DNA of 64,000 nt from Gammaproteobacteria bacterium TMED78 (GCA_002171615.1 NHEF01000005.1:983-64982), one strand, 5' to 3'. Positions 35,740-46,657 are shown, counted from the stretch's first letter. The notes: generated by a model from the letters alone, not told the origin. A program made the numbers and translations.

Positions 35740-36951
35740 TTGACAATAAAATCTAGTAAATTAATTCAAAATGTAAGATATGAGATCAGAGGAACTCTAG
35801 CTAAGCGTGCACATGAACTAGAGCTAAAAGGTTATGAGATCATTTCTTTGAATATTGGTAATCCAGGTCTTTATGGCTTTAGAACTCCAGAGTCTATGCG
35901 TTTAGCCATGATTGAAAACTTAGAGAGTAGTGAGGCGTACTGTGGGCAGAAAGGTATTTTTCCTGCTAGAGAGGCTGTAGTGATGCAGCAGCAAGAAAGG
36001 GGTATTAAAGGTATTAATGCTGAACATGTCTTTATAGGAAATGGTGTTAGTGAGCTTATAGATTTAACGCTTAGAGCACTCTTGAATCCTGGTGATGAAG
36101 TTTTAATACCTAGCCCAGATTATCCATTATGGTCAGCAGCAACCTCTTTGAATGGAGGTAAGCCAGTTTATTATCCTTGCCCTAAAGAACTTAATCATCA
36201 TCCAGATATTAATATTTTAGCCTCATTAGTCAATAAAAATACCAGAGCTATTGTATTAATTAATCCTAATAACCCGACAGGAGCTGTTTATAGTAAAGAG
36301 ACTTTATTGGCTGTTGCAGAGATAGCTAGAAAAAATAATTTAATTATTTTATCTGACGAAATTTATGATCAAATGGTTTATCCAGGAGAAAGCTTTGTAC
36401 CAATGGCAACTATCTGCCAAGATGTTCTTTGTGCAACTTTCAGTGGACTATCTAAGGTTTATAGAGCCTGTGGATATAGAGTAGGATGGGTTTCGTTTAG
36501 TGGCGAAATAATAAAAGGGAAGGGTCTTTTAGACTCTATGGATTTACTCGCTGCTCTTAGGCTATGTAGTAATGTGCCTGGTCAATGGGCTGTTCAAACA
36601 GCCTTAGGAGGCTCTCAAAGCATAAAGAAATTATGTTCTACAAATGGCCGTTTATTTAATACACGAAAAGTAATCACTAATTTAGTAAATAAAAGCGAAT
36701 ACTTGAATTATATAGAACCCTCAGGCGCGATGTATGCTTATATTTCTATAGATGAAAGAGCCTTTCCAGGCATTGATGATCAAGATTTTGCTCTCAGATT
36801 ACTCGAGGATGAACATGTATTGATTGCTCCTGGATCAAGCTTTAATGTTCCTGATAAGAATTATTTTAGAATAACTCTCCTTCCAGAAGAAGATATCATT
36901 TATAGAGTTTTTAAAAAAATAAATAAGCTGCTAAATAAAATGCTTAGTTGA
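35740..36951 (+). CDS. alaA: Glutamate-pyruvate (alanine) aminotransferase, AlaA-like class I aminotransferase
   Basis: TTG start. Near full-length similarity to E. coli AlaA (NIGNPGLYGF, GNGVSELI, PDYPLWSAA, INPNNPTGAVYSKE, SGLSKVYRACGYRVGW). Confidence 0.85.
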   Translation: MTIKSSKLIQNVRYEIRGTLAKRAHELELKGYEIISLNIGNPGLYGFRTPESMRLAMIENLESSEAYCGQKGIFPAREAVVMQQQERGIKGINAEHVFIGNGVSELIDLTLRALLNPGDEVLIPSPDYPLWSAATSLNGGKPVYYPCPKELNHHPDINILASLVNKNTRAIVLINPNNPTGAVYSKETLLAVAEIARKNNLIILSDEIYDQMVYPGESFVPMATICQDVLCATFSGLSKVYRACGYRVGWVSFSGEIIKGKGLLDSMDLLAALRLCSNVPGQWAVQTALGGSQSIKKLCSTNGRLFNTRKVITNLVNKSEYLNYIEPSGAMYAYISIDERAFPGIDDQDFALRLLEDEHVLIAPGSSFNVPDKNYFRITLLPEEDIIYRVFKKINKLLNKMLS

Positions 36952-39545
36952 GATTAGTAAATTTAATGTTAAGAGAGTTAATTGATAGATTATCTAAAGA
37001 TCAAAAGATAATTGTAGATTCATTTTCAGAAGCGATACAGCTTGAAAATATATTAAAAAAGGATATAAATTTTAGGGCTGCTGAACATAGTATAAAAGAT
37101 AGAATAATTACAAAAAAAAAGTGGGCTGAGTTATTTTTTTTAAGTATTCCCGCTTCCAAAAAATACTTATTAATTGATTCATTTAAAGAGGAATTAATCT
37201 GGCAGGAGGTAATTAAATCAAACTCATCAAGTCTTATAAATTTATCTCATACTAGTTCACTTGCTTCTTCTGCAAGACATATTATTAAGCTATATAACTT
37301 AAATATTTCTGATTTAAGAAAAAATACTTTGAATCCAAATATAAATCGTTTTACTTATTGGTTAGAATTATTTGATGAATATCTCAAAAAAAGAAATTGG
37401 ATTACTTATGATGATATTTTTCCAAATTTACTAAGTAGTGGATCCCTTTCTAGCACTGAATTAAAAAATCTAATTTTCTTTAATTCTCTTCAAGATAATT
37501 CATTATTACTACTAAAAAGTCAGTTGAAAGAGATTGATAAATTTAATCTCATTCAACTACAACCAATAAGTAAATCTAAAGCTTTTAAAGTAGCATTCGA
37601 TAAGTCTTCTGATGAGATAGATATAGCAATATCATGGGCCGTTGAGAGGATTCGTAATAATAAAAAATTATCTATAGCTATTGTTATACCTGACTTTATG
37701 AATAATTTTCAGTTAAAACAGATAGTAAGTGATTCAATTAATAAAAATATTAAATCACAGAATGAGATAGACTTATCCTATTTATCTGATTTGGGTGTAG
37801 TTTCAATTTCTAACAACCAGATAATAATGACAGCGTTTAAGACACTTGAAATGTTTATTAATAGCAGTGATTTTTCTTTTTTCTCTAGGTGGCTACGGAG
37901 TCCATATATTGATTGTCCATTTATAGATATTAATAAGAGGTCGCTTTTAGAAATTGAGTTAAGAGATAGGTTGTTTACTCAAATTAACTTTATAGATAGT
38001 TTCCAAAAGGCTGGTTTGAAAGAATACATTCAGACTAAGAATAGTGATTTCTCATTATTTTTATCTAAAGCAATAAATTATTATTTATCTTTGCCTAAAA
38101 AACAGACCCCAACTAACTGGGCTAAATGTTGGCTTAAATTATTAGGAATGATGGGATGGCTTCATACTATTAATAATTCAGAGAGAGAGGTAGTTTTATT
38201 ATGGGAAGAGTCAATAAAAAATTTTTCTGATTTATCATTAATAGTAGGTGAGGTCAGTTTTAAAAAGGGATTATCAATTTTTTCATCTATATTAAATAAT
38301 AAAAACTATATTAATAGCCCTTCTGACAAGTCTATTTATATAATTGATAGCATCGAAGAAGTTTCTGCTGGACATGATTTGATTTGGATTACTGGTCTAA
38401 ATAATCACTGCTGGCCTAGGCAGTCATCTCCAAACCCATTGATACCGAATAGTTTACAAGTAGAGCTTAATTTACCCTCAGCATCACCTAATATATCACT
38501 TGAATACTCTAAAAAACTAATGAAGAGGATTGAGAGCTCCGCAAAAGAAGTAGTATATAGTTCTTCAAGAATATTTTTAGATATTATTGGCAGGCCTAGT
38601 CCTTTATTAGATAATTACCCAGTATTAAAACTTCCAAATCATTTTATTTCTGGTAATAGTAATAGGCAGAATAAAAAGCTTATAGAGCAGATATATGATA
38701 AGCCTCCAAGGTTTAAAAAAAATAAAATTAGCCATGCCATTTCTGTATTAAACTACCAATCAAAATTTCCACTAATAGCTTTTTTAATAGGACAGTTATC
38801 TTGCCAATTAATAAGTCCTATCACTAAGGGCATTTCTCCTTCAATAAGAGGCATAATAGTACATAGAGCTTTAGAGCTTTTATATAGTGATCTAGATGTT
38901 TCTAATAAGTCATTTTTTAGTAAAGATCATATTGATAAAAGTATTCAAAAATCTCTTAATGAATCATTCGGCATGGCAAAAGATAAACTAAAAGTACTAT
39001 ATGACTTAGAGAAAAAACGGCTTGAGCTAATCATTAGTTCATTATTACTAGACGAGTTTCATAGAGAAAAATTTAAAATATATTCGACTGAAAAATTAAA
39101 TACAATAGAATTGTTTGGTATTAATATTAGTTGCCGTTCAGATAGGGTAGATATTTTAGATAATAAGGGCCTTGTTGTTATTGATTATAAAACAGGATCT
39201 TTATCAAATACTAATGATTGGTTTAAGGATAGAGTAGAAAATATACAATTACCCCTTTATGCTCTTATTTATAAGGATAATATATGTGGAGTGCTTAATA
39301 TAAATTTAAATCCTAGTAATAATAAGTATAGTGGTGTTTTAAGGGAAGATATTAAATTCCCTGGGATAGATAAAAAATTTAGTAAGGAGCAGTGGGGAGG
39401 AGTTTTATCTTCTTGGGAAGATAATATCTCCTTACTTATAAAAGAATTTGTTAGTGGAGATGCCCGGGTTCTGAGTAATAAGAATGAATTAGTAAATAAT
39501 TATTATTTACCAGTAGTACGAGTTAATAATAAATATGAAGAATGA
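36948..39545 (+). CDS. AddB-like PD-(D/E)XK nuclease subunit
   Basis: 865 aa with C-terminal RecB-type nuclease motifs (CRSDRVD...VVIDYKTGS...QLPLYAL). No Walker A and no Cys cluster. Overlaps the downstream UvrD-like helicase gene. The start could be TTG at 36948 or ATG at 36966. Confidence 0.7.
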   Translation: MRLVNLMLRELIDRLSKDQKIIVDSFSEAIQLENILKKDINFRAAEHSIKDRIITKKKWAELFFLSIPASKKYLLIDSFKEELIWQEVIKSNSSSLINLSHTSSLASSARHIIKLYNLNISDLRKNTLNPNINRFTYWLELFDEYLKKRNWITYDDIFPNLLSSGSLSSTELKNLIFFNSLQDNSLLLLKSQLKEIDKFNLIQLQPISKSKAFKVAFDKSSDEIDIAISWAVERIRNNKKLSIAIVIPDFMNNFQLKQIVSDSINKNIKSQNEIDLSYLSDLGVVSISNNQIIMTAFKTLEMFINSSDFSFFSRWLRSPYIDCPFIDINKRSLLEIELRDRLFTQINFIDSFQKAGLKEYIQTKNSDFSLFLSKAINYYLSLPKKQTPTNWAKCWLKLLGMMGWLHTINNSEREVVLLWEESIKNFSDLSLIVGEVSFKKGLSIFSSILNNKNYINSPSDKSIYIIDSIEEVSAGHDLIWITGLNNHCWPRQSSPNPLIPNSLQVELNLPSASPNISLEYSKKLMKRIESSAKEVVYSSSRIFLDIIGRPSPLLDNYPVLKLPNHFISGNSNRQNKKLIEQIYDKPPRFKKNKISHAISVLNYQSKFPLIAFLIGQLSCQLISPITKGISPSIRGIIVHRALELLYSDLDVSNKSFFSKDHIDKSIQKSLNESFGMAKDKLKVLYDLEKKRLELIISSLLLDEFHREKFKIYSTEKLNTIELFGINISCRSDRVDILDNKGLVVIDYKTGSLSNTNDWFKDRVENIQLPLYALIYKDNICGVLNINLNPSNNKYSGVLREDIKFPGIDKKFSKEQWGGVLSSWEDNISLLIKEFVSGDARVLSNKNELVNNYYLPVVRVNNKYEE

Positions 39546-42222
39546 TACACCAGAGAGACAAAATGCATTAGATGTAAAAAAATCTTATATAGTTCAGGCT
39601 CCAGCTGGATCAGGTAAAACAGAATTACTTATTCAGCGTTATTTAGCATTATTACTGGAGGTATCGGAACCAGAGCAAGTTTTAGCAATAACATTTACCA
39701 AAAAAGCTTCATTGGAGATGAAGGAAAGGGTAATAGATTCAATTAATACTGCAAAACAGTTAGAAATTCCAAAGGAAGAATTTAAGGTTAATACTTATAA
39801 TTTGGCAAGAAAAGTAATTGATAGAAGTATTAAAAAGTCATGGAATATAGAGCTTCAGCCATATAGATTAAAAATCATAACTATTGATGCTGTCAGCTCA
39901 TCTATTGTTAATGATATGCCAGTTTTATCAGGCGGAATATCAAAATATAAGATTGTTGATAACGCTGAGAAATTCTATTCATTAGCTATCAAGAGGCTCT
40001 TAGAGAGAATGGATAATAATCCTGATCTTCATGATGCGTATAAAAATGTATTTTATCATCTAGATGGAAATTATAATTATTTTAAATCTTTGTTATTAGA
40101 TATGCTTCTAAAAAGAGACCAATGGCTTCCATATTTAATGACAGAGAGTTTTTTTAATAAAAATAGTATAGAAGTAGCTCTTTCAGGAGTAATTGAGCAT
40201 TACTTATTAGAGGTTACGAAAAATATTCCAAGTAGATTAATGAATATTTTGCTAGAGATTATCCCTCTGATTCCTGACAACGATAGTACTGAATATTCTA
40301 ACTCTTCATGGAGAGAGTTAAAGAAAATTCCTCCGCCCAAAGCAAAATACTTAAATGATTGGAAGATAGTTTCTTGTCTATTGATTACTAATACTGGAAC
40401 ATGGAGAAAGAATATACCCTCTAAATTTTCTATAAATAATGATTATAAAAAAGTACTTATTAATGAAATATATAATCTAGAAAGTAATAGTTATTTACTA
40501 TCATTGCTATATAAAATTAAAAAGCTTCCAGTATATAGCTATGATGAAAATCAAAGTAATATGTTTAAGTCATTAAGATTATTACTAATTAATTTAGTTG
40601 CTAATCTCAAAGTTGTATTTAATGAGCAAAGGGTTACAGATTTTATAGAGATTAATCTTTCAGCCTCTGAGGCATTGGGATCTATTGATAGACCCTCAGA
40701 TTTATTATTAGCCCTTGATTATTCTATTAAACATATTCTAATAGATGAGTTCCATGATACTTCTTTTACTCAATTTAAATTACTTCAAGCCCTTACCTCG
40801 GGCTGGCAAAGAAATGACGGTAGGACAATTTTTCTAGTGGGCGATCCTATGCAGTCTATTTATGGCTTTAGAGATGCAGATATATCTTTATTTGAAGAAG
40901 TTATTAATAATGGTATAGGAGATATTGAGATCCAACCATTATTTCTTTGTAATAACTATAGAAGTTCCGAACAAATAGTTGAATGGATCAATTTAAGATT
41001 CAAGAAATTATTCTCACCTAATAGCGATCTTTTATCTGATTTTATAAAATTTCGTCCTAGCGTATCTAAAAAAATATCAAATAATGATAGTTTTATTAAA
41101 TACGTTAACTTTAATAGTTCTAGTGAGTTTAAGGAAGTCTCTAAAGTGGTTGATATTATTAAATCCGAGCTAGAAAGGGATGCTAATCAGACTATTGGTA
41201 TTTTGGTTAGATCAAGAAATCATCTATTTGGTTTACAAGAGAAACTAAACTCTAATGGAGTGCATTGTAATGCTATCGAAATAAATTCCTTTAAAGACTC
41301 TGATCTTATACAAAACTTAATTGGCTTAACTAGAGGGCTTCTTCATTTAGGTGATAGAGCTGCATGGATTTCCATACTTAGAGCCCCATGGTGTGGCATC
41401 ACATGGCCTGATCTAGTTAATTTGCTACAAGACAAAGAAACAATGACTATATCAGAAATTATAAACTCTGATCATGCTTTTAAAAATATTTCTATCGATG
41501 GTAATTATAGATTAAAAAAATTAAAAAAAATATTAAATCAATCTAATAAGTATAGAAGTAAATTAACATTATCAGAGTGGATAAAAAAAATCTGGTTAAA
41601 GCTAGACGGCCCTGAGTTATTTTTTTCTGAAGAAGAGCATCTTGCCGAAAGTTTTTTTAATATACTTCACTCAGTAGAGGATAATGGTGATTTAGAAGAT
41701 CCTATAGCATTAGGTAATTATTTTAATTCATATGTTCCAAGTAATAATAACGTTGACTCAAATATAAATATTATGACGATTCATAAATCTAAAGGATTAG
41801 AGTTTGATACGGTAATTCTTTTTGGTCTAGGAAGGGCGCCAGTTAATGAGAAGAGTAAATTATTAGAGTGGTTAGATTTTACAAAGAATAATAAAAAAGA
41901 GTATATTTTTTCTCCAATATCACCAATAAATAGTGAACCTTACCCCCTTTCTCAATTTATTAAATATATTAATAATAAAAAACGAGATCTTGAGAAGAAA
42001 AGACTCTTTTATGTTGCTACCAGTAGAGCTAAGAGTAGGTTATATCTTCTCTCTAATTTAAACCCAATATATAAAAAGCCATTTACTGGTACTTTTCTAT
42101 CATTCTATTGGGATGATGTTAAAGATCAATTCAAAAAAACAACAGATGTAGATAATGCTATTAAGTCAAATAATGGCTTAGTAAAGATACCTCTGAGACG
42201 ATATATTATAGATAAGGAGTAG
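39535..42222 (+). CDS. AddA-like UvrD/Rep superfamily-1 helicase subunit lacking a nuclease domain
   Basis: Helicase motifs: I (APAGSGKT), Ia (ITFTKKASLEM), II (IDEFHDTS), III (VGDPMQSIYGFRDAD), IV (NYRS), V (TIHKSKGLEFD), VI (LFYVATSRAK). Only about 65 aa follow motif VI. Confidence 0.75.
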   Translation: MKNDTPERQNALDVKKSYIVQAPAGSGKTELLIQRYLALLLEVSEPEQVLAITFTKKASLEMKERVIDSINTAKQLEIPKEEFKVNTYNLARKVIDRSIKKSWNIELQPYRLKIITIDAVSSSIVNDMPVLSGGISKYKIVDNAEKFYSLAIKRLLERMDNNPDLHDAYKNVFYHLDGNYNYFKSLLLDMLLKRDQWLPYLMTESFFNKNSIEVALSGVIEHYLLEVTKNIPSRLMNILLEIIPLIPDNDSTEYSNSSWRELKKIPPPKAKYLNDWKIVSCLLITNTGTWRKNIPSKFSINNDYKKVLINEIYNLESNSYLLSLLYKIKKLPVYSYDENQSNMFKSLRLLLINLVANLKVVFNEQRVTDFIEINLSASEALGSIDRPSDLLLALDYSIKHILIDEFHDTSFTQFKLLQALTSGWQRNDGRTIFLVGDPMQSIYGFRDADISLFEEVINNGIGDIEIQPLFLCNNYRSSEQIVEWINLRFKKLFSPNSDLLSDFIKFRPSVSKKISNNDSFIKYVNFNSSSEFKEVSKVVDIIKSELERDANQTIGILVRSRNHLFGLQEKLNSNGVHCNAIEINSFKDSDLIQNLIGLTRGLLHLGDRAAWISILRAPWCGITWPDLVNLLQDKETMTISEIINSDHAFKNISIDGNYRLKKLKKILNQSNKYRSKLTLSEWIKKIWLKLDGPELFFSEEEHLAESFFNILHSVEDNGDLEDPIALGNYFNSYVPSNNNVDSNINIMTIHKSKGLEFDTVILFGLGRAPVNEKSKLLEWLDFTKNNKKEYIFSPISPINSEPYPLSQFIKYINNKKRDLEKKRLFYVATSRAKSRLYLLSNLNPIYKKPFTGTFLSFYWDDVKDQFKKTTDVDNAIKSNNGLVKIPLRRYIIDKE

Positions 42223-42226
42223 TATT

Positions 42227-42973
42227 TTATAGGGTTCCAGTAAAATTAAAGCTTCTAAATCCAGAGCTATCTGGACTACCTGTCATTAGCTCTATTCCTT
42301 GAATAAGAGCAGTATTTTGATTCCCAGAAGACTTAATTAGTCCAGATATTTCATATGATTTATTTTGACTGATGTTTAGGGTTCCTTGTACTTGTATGGG
42401 ATTATTTTCTAAATTAGTTATTGATGCTCTAATGCTTTCATTCCCATCGTTAAAAAAAATAACTTTATAGTCGCCTAGTTCTACTCTTTCATTATTTGTA
42501 GTGGTATAAATCAATGGCGCATTAAGATTATTAATAAATAATTCACCACTAATGATAGGCATTGAGCTATTATTAATTTCTATCTGGGATAATCTAGCAG
42601 AGATAGAGCCATTGACTTGGGAAATAGGTAGATAGCGATAAAACTCTGATAGACTAAAATCTGCTAAAGTATCATTTAGGTAGATTTTATTGTTTCTTAT
42701 GGAAAGGTTAGATCGAAAAGTACCACTGTTAGAGTTACCAATAATTGTTGCATCTACTCTAAATAAAAATAATGAATAAAGATTAATATGCCATCTTAAA
42801 TTATGAAGTCTAGTATCGTTAATATTGACTAGCTTTGATGAGCCATTCCATATTGTTCCTTCAACACCTGCAATATCAATATTATTTATGTTATTTATAA
42901 TTAGCTGAACTGGTACCTTATAAGTCATTAGAGACAAAAAGATTAAAATAAAAAAATAAATATATTTTTTCAT
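42227..42973 (-). CDS. gspN: Type II secretion system protein N
   Basis: 248 aa with an N-terminal transmembrane segment. Positioned after gspM at the end of the gsp cluster. Sequence conservation is weak. Confidence 0.6.
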   Translation of the reverse strand: MKKYIYFFILIFLSLMTYKVPVQLIINNINNIDIAGVEGTIWNGSSKLVNINDTRLHNLRWHINLYSLFLFRVDATIIGNSNSGTFRSNLSIRNNKIYLNDTLADFSLSEFYRYLPISQVNGSISARLSQIEINNSSMPIISGELFINNLNAPLIYTTTNNERVELGDYKVIFFNDGNESIRASITNLENNPIQVQGTLNISQNKSYEISGLIKSSGNQNTALIQGIELMTGSPDSSGFRSFNFTGTL

Positions 42974-42975
42974 TA

Positions 42976-43455
42976 TTAGGGCTTAGCTAAGACTAGGCTT
43001 GAGTTTACTAGCCCACTTTGAGAGCTGTTATCAAGATTAATAGACTCAACAATAATTCCATATGTGGTATTCAGACTTAGAAGCCAACTAAGCAAATTAT
43101 TGAATGACGCATTTTCAAATGTTAGTCTAATTTTATTTTCATTTTCAGGCTGGTTTCTAATTAGGGTTCCTTCTAGATTATATGATCGATGGCTTTGGTC
43201 TACTAATAAAACTAATGATTGATTAATTTCTTGAAGCAATCTTTCATTAATTCTAATAACTGGAAGATTTTGTAGCTTTTGTAATGAAATTAAAGTTTCA
43301 TAATTATTATCAATAGATGTATTGATCTTTATTTTCTTAGCTATTAGTGGTTTCCATAGTGCTATCCAAAAAATTAATGCTAATAATAGACATAGGCCTA
43401 TAGATAAGAAAATCTTATCTCTTTGATTAGCTGATAAGAACCATTCTTTGATCAC
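42976..43455 (-). CDS. gspM: Type II secretion system protein M
   Basis: 159 aa with a single transmembrane segment near the N-terminus. Positioned between gspL and gspN. Confidence 0.7.
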   Translation of the reverse strand: MIKEWFLSANQRDKIFLSIGLCLLLALIFWIALWKPLIAKKIKINTSIDNNYETLISLQKLQNLPVIRINERLLQEINQSLVLLVDQSHRSYNLEGTLIRNQPENENKIRLTFENASFNNLLSWLLSLNTTYGIIVESINLDNSSQSGLVNSSLVLAKP

Positions 43456-44687
43456 AACACCTCCCTAATCTGAAGCCTACCATCAATGCCATTATCAGTT
43501 TGGTTAGTAGATTGTATTGTTACAGATAGTTGAATTAAACCTTCAATTGAACTTGTAAATGTATCTAATGTGGCTATATCTGGAGTTGTAATTCTCATAT
43601 CCATAGTATCTTCTCTAAATACTATAGATTCCAAAACAATATCAGAATTAAAGGATCTTGCAATCTGTTCGATAATTTCTAGAAATAAGCTTGTATTTAT
43701 ATTATTTAGATCAGTAGGTGTATTATTTAGTTGCTCGTCAACCATAAATTTACAGGTATTAATATCAGAAGACCCAAAAATACTATGGCATTGATCTTGT
43801 ATATTATTTAAAAGAAAATTATTTTCATTTTCGATCTTAGATATTTCTAACAGCTGTAAAAAGAAGCTAGTAATTATAATTACTAGTAGCAATGAAGAAG
43901 ATAAAATCCACGGTTTGAATAAAGCAAGCCAATTAGTCGCAGGAGCAAAGTCACGAACAAGAAAACTATTACCTGGTTTTTTTATTAAATTTGCACCTAG
44001 GCCAGGTAATAAACCATTTTTAAATTTAAGAAAATTAACACTTGTTGTTTTGTCTCTAAGATTATTTATTTCAACCTTACATCGATCATAGCCAGTATGA
44101 TCTGTGTAAAGATTAATATTATTTACTAAATCTTTTGATTTAAAAGTATCAGGTAACATTTCCCATATATGGATTAAATTAAAATTTTCTAAAACGAATG
44201 GCAACTCTCCAGGAATTTTTCCATACGTTAGATTTTTTTCAGCAATTAATGTTAAGTGTCCTGGTGTATCTGGTACTCCCTGTGTATCACTATATATATG
44301 TGTGGGAGTAATATTTTCTTCTTTAAGCCTATCGATAAGTTTTTGCAGGTAGTCTTTTGATGTGGTTGCTACTAATACTTCATTTTTATTTTTAATTAAT
44401 TTATATGTAAAGAATAGTTTTTCTGGATCTTCAGCCATATCTTCTTCGATCAAGTAGGGCAACATCTTTTGGATATTAGATTTATTTTTAGTCGGGATTT
44501 TATATTTCTTTAATGATACCTTGGTTCCTGGAATTAAAATGATTATTTTAAATTTACTTGCTTCTTTAGAGGCATCAGAGAGGCTGCCCTCTTTTACTTC
44601 TTGAGTGGCATGACCATTTTTATCGATTCTTATCCAATTGCAGAAAAAATCATCATTTAATAGTCTTATTATAAAATATTCTGACAT
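43452..44687 (-). CDS. gspL: Type II secretion system protein L
   Basis: 411 aa with a cytoplasmic domain, one transmembrane segment (about aa 255-280) and a periplasmic domain. Positioned after gspK. Confidence 0.7.
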   Translation of the reverse strand: MSEYFIIRLLNDDFFCNWIRIDKNGHATQEVKEGSLSDASKEASKFKIIILIPGTKVSLKKYKIPTKNKSNIQKMLPYLIEEDMAEDPEKLFFTYKLIKNKNEVLVATTSKDYLQKLIDRLKEENITPTHIYSDTQGVPDTPGHLTLIAEKNLTYGKIPGELPFVLENFNLIHIWEMLPDTFKSKDLVNNINLYTDHTGYDRCKVEINNLRDKTTSVNFLKFKNGLLPGLGANLIKKPGNSFLVRDFAPATNWLALFKPWILSSSLLLVIIITSFFLQLLEISKIENENNFLLNNIQDQCHSIFGSSDINTCKFMVDEQLNNTPTDLNNINTSLFLEIIEQIARSFNSDIVLESIVFREDTMDMRITTPDIATLDTFTSSIEGLIQLSVTIQSTNQTDNGIDGRLQIREVL

Positions 44688-44690
44688 ATC

Positions 44691-45644
44691 TCAAGAGGCT
44701 CCAAGGCTTCTATATACAGATTTTACGATACCGCTTATATCTCGATAAAGTAAAGAGTATAGCGTATTTTGATCTGAGCCTATTGTGACAGTTGCTTCAA
44801 GAAGAAAGTATTCACTTGACGAAGTTAATCTTCTTAACATGTCAGGCTCGATAAGGCTTTCAAACCTCTCATTTACATTAGCAAAGTAGAGGCTACCTCT
44901 TTCTTGAGATATAGCTATAGCTTGATTTATATCAATTTCATCTGATAGCGAAGCAATTATATATGCAGAAGAAGTATTGATATTTTGAGGAGTTCCAGAA
45001 GGTAGAGCAGCTATATGCGGCTCTAGAACCATAAGAACTTCTTTTGTTATACCATCCATAGCCATTAGTTCACTTGTGGAGGTAATAGAAACATTTGGCG
45101 ACCTATAAGGCGGGGTATTAGCTGAGTAAACGTCATCTTCCGCGCCATTGGGAAAATTAGGAATATTATCCGGATCTATCCAATCAATTACGGCACTTGC
45201 AATATTAGGATCTATTTCTAGTATAGTTAGTAGTCTACGAAATTGCATATCTGCAAGACTGTCAACATCACCATGAGTATTTATTAAATTATTAACATTA
45301 AATCTACTTTGTAAATCTATGATTTTACCAGAAATATATCCACCATCAATTGGCATTGGCGGCAGTTCATTTGCCCATATTTCACCAAGATAATCCAAGT
45401 CTGCAGTATTAATTTTATCTTGATAAAGTATATTTCCAGCCCATGCCTCAGCACTTTGGAGCATCATCATTATTTGTTCAGAATTGACAGTACTTTCTGC
45501 CTGCCTTTGGTATATTTGTGCATTCCACATTATTTTAGTTGCTAATACCGAAGTGATCATTAGTATTAACATAGCAGTTAGTATGGCAACTCCTTCTTGT
45601 TTTTTGATTTTTATAGCTATGCTCCTACTTCTATAGTTCGCCAA
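44691..45644 (-). CDS. gspK: Type II secretion system minor pseudopilin K
   Basis: QEGVAILTAMLILMITS N-terminal helix, 317 aa, in the typical GspK position. Confidence 0.8.
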   Translation of the reverse strand: MANYRSRSIAIKIKKQEGVAILTAMLILMITSVLATKIMWNAQIYQRQAESTVNSEQIMMMLQSAEAWAGNILYQDKINTADLDYLGEIWANELPPMPIDGGYISGKIIDLQSRFNVNNLINTHGDVDSLADMQFRRLLTILEIDPNIASAVIDWIDPDNIPNFPNGAEDDVYSANTPPYRSPNVSITSTSELMAMDGITKEVLMVLEPHIAALPSGTPQNINTSSAYIIASLSDEIDINQAIAISQERGSLYFANVNERFESLIEPDMLRRLTSSSEYFLLEATVTIGSDQNTLYSLLYRDISGIVKSVYRSLGAS

Positions 45645-46219
45645 ATTTCACCCATGTCATCTAGAATTATTCTAAATTCAATCAGCCTTGGCCTTATTTC
45701 TAATCTTTTTGGATTCTCAATTAAGAGAGGGGGCCACTCAAGGTGCCATTCACCATTATTATCAAGCATTCTGATTGTCATATCATTAATACCTGTTAGT
45801 AACTCAGTTCTTGTGGGGGGTGTTGAGAGAGTCCTATCCATGACACTCCATGTGAACCTTACTAATTTACTATCTTCTTGATCATAACTTACTCTTAAAA
45901 CAGATCCTCTAGGTAGCCCCATGAGGTTGCTCCATCCACCTCTACTAAATTCAAGATCATATTGAGAATTAGGATCAACTACAATACTTGGAAGCCACGC
46001 CTCTCCAAGCTCTTCTCTTGTAGGGCGAGGATGTATTTGTGATAAATCATTAGATACTATTCTTACTGCTAATTGAACCTCTCTCCATCTATCTAGCCGC
46101 TCTTGAGAGATTATTTGATGATCTATAACTCTTGATAATCCGCTAAGTGCTATTATGCCTATGACCGCAACAATTGATATTGCAACTAATAACTCTATTA
46201 AAGTAAAGCCTTTATTCAT
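45617..46219 (-). CDS. gspJ: Type II secretion system minor pseudopilin J
   Basis: Prepilin-type N-terminus MNKGFTLIELLVAISIV. 200 aa. Confidence 0.8.
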   Translation of the reverse strand: MNKGFTLIELLVAISIVAVIGIIALSGLSRVIDHQIISQERLDRWREVQLAVRIVSNDLSQIHPRPTREELGEAWLPSIVVDPNSQYDLEFSRGGWSNLMGLPRGSVLRVSYDQEDSKLVRFTWSVMDRTLSTPPTRTELLTGINDMTIRMLDNNGEWHLEWPPLLIENPKRLEIRPRLIEFRIILDDMGEIWRTIEVGA

Positions 46220-46222
46220 AAG

Positions 46223-46657
46223 CTATCTAGAGGCACATCCTGGTCCTGCACCGGCTATACAGTAATTAGATAGCCAGTTATATTCAGCAATTCCAATTGG
46301 TATTGGCGGCTCTATCAATGCAGTTAATATATGAATTGGCCTTTCTCTATTTTCCTCCTCAAAGATAGATACATTTACTCTCCTTAGTTGGTTTACTGGT
46401 GAGCTTAAGACTTCTATTTCCGTAAACCAGACTCTATTTGAGAATTCAATTTCGTTACTGCTAGAACCAATAGCTGGCCAAGTATTTGAACTTGATAGTT
46501 CGGCCATAGTATTTGATGCAATCCAACTTGCTAAAACCTTTTGTTCAAGATATGCAGAATTAATAAAAAAATGACTCATTTGGCTATTAATAGCCATCAT
46601 AGCAAGGCTAACTATAACTAGAGAAACCATAGTCTCAATAAGTGTGAATCCCCTCAT
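46223..46657 (-). CDS. gspI: Type II secretion system minor pseudopilin I
   Basis: Prepilin-type N-terminus MRGFTLIETMVSLVIV. The start chosen is the Met at 46657; the ORF-track start at 46714 would overlap gspH by 50 nt. Confidence 0.8.
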   Translation of the reverse strand: MRGFTLIETMVSLVIVSLAMMAINSQMSHFFINSAYLEQKVLASWIASNTMAELSSSNTWPAIGSSSNEIEFSNRVWFTEIEVLSSPVNQLRRVNVSIFEEENRERPIHILTALIEPPIPIGIAEYNWLSNYCIAGAGPGCASR

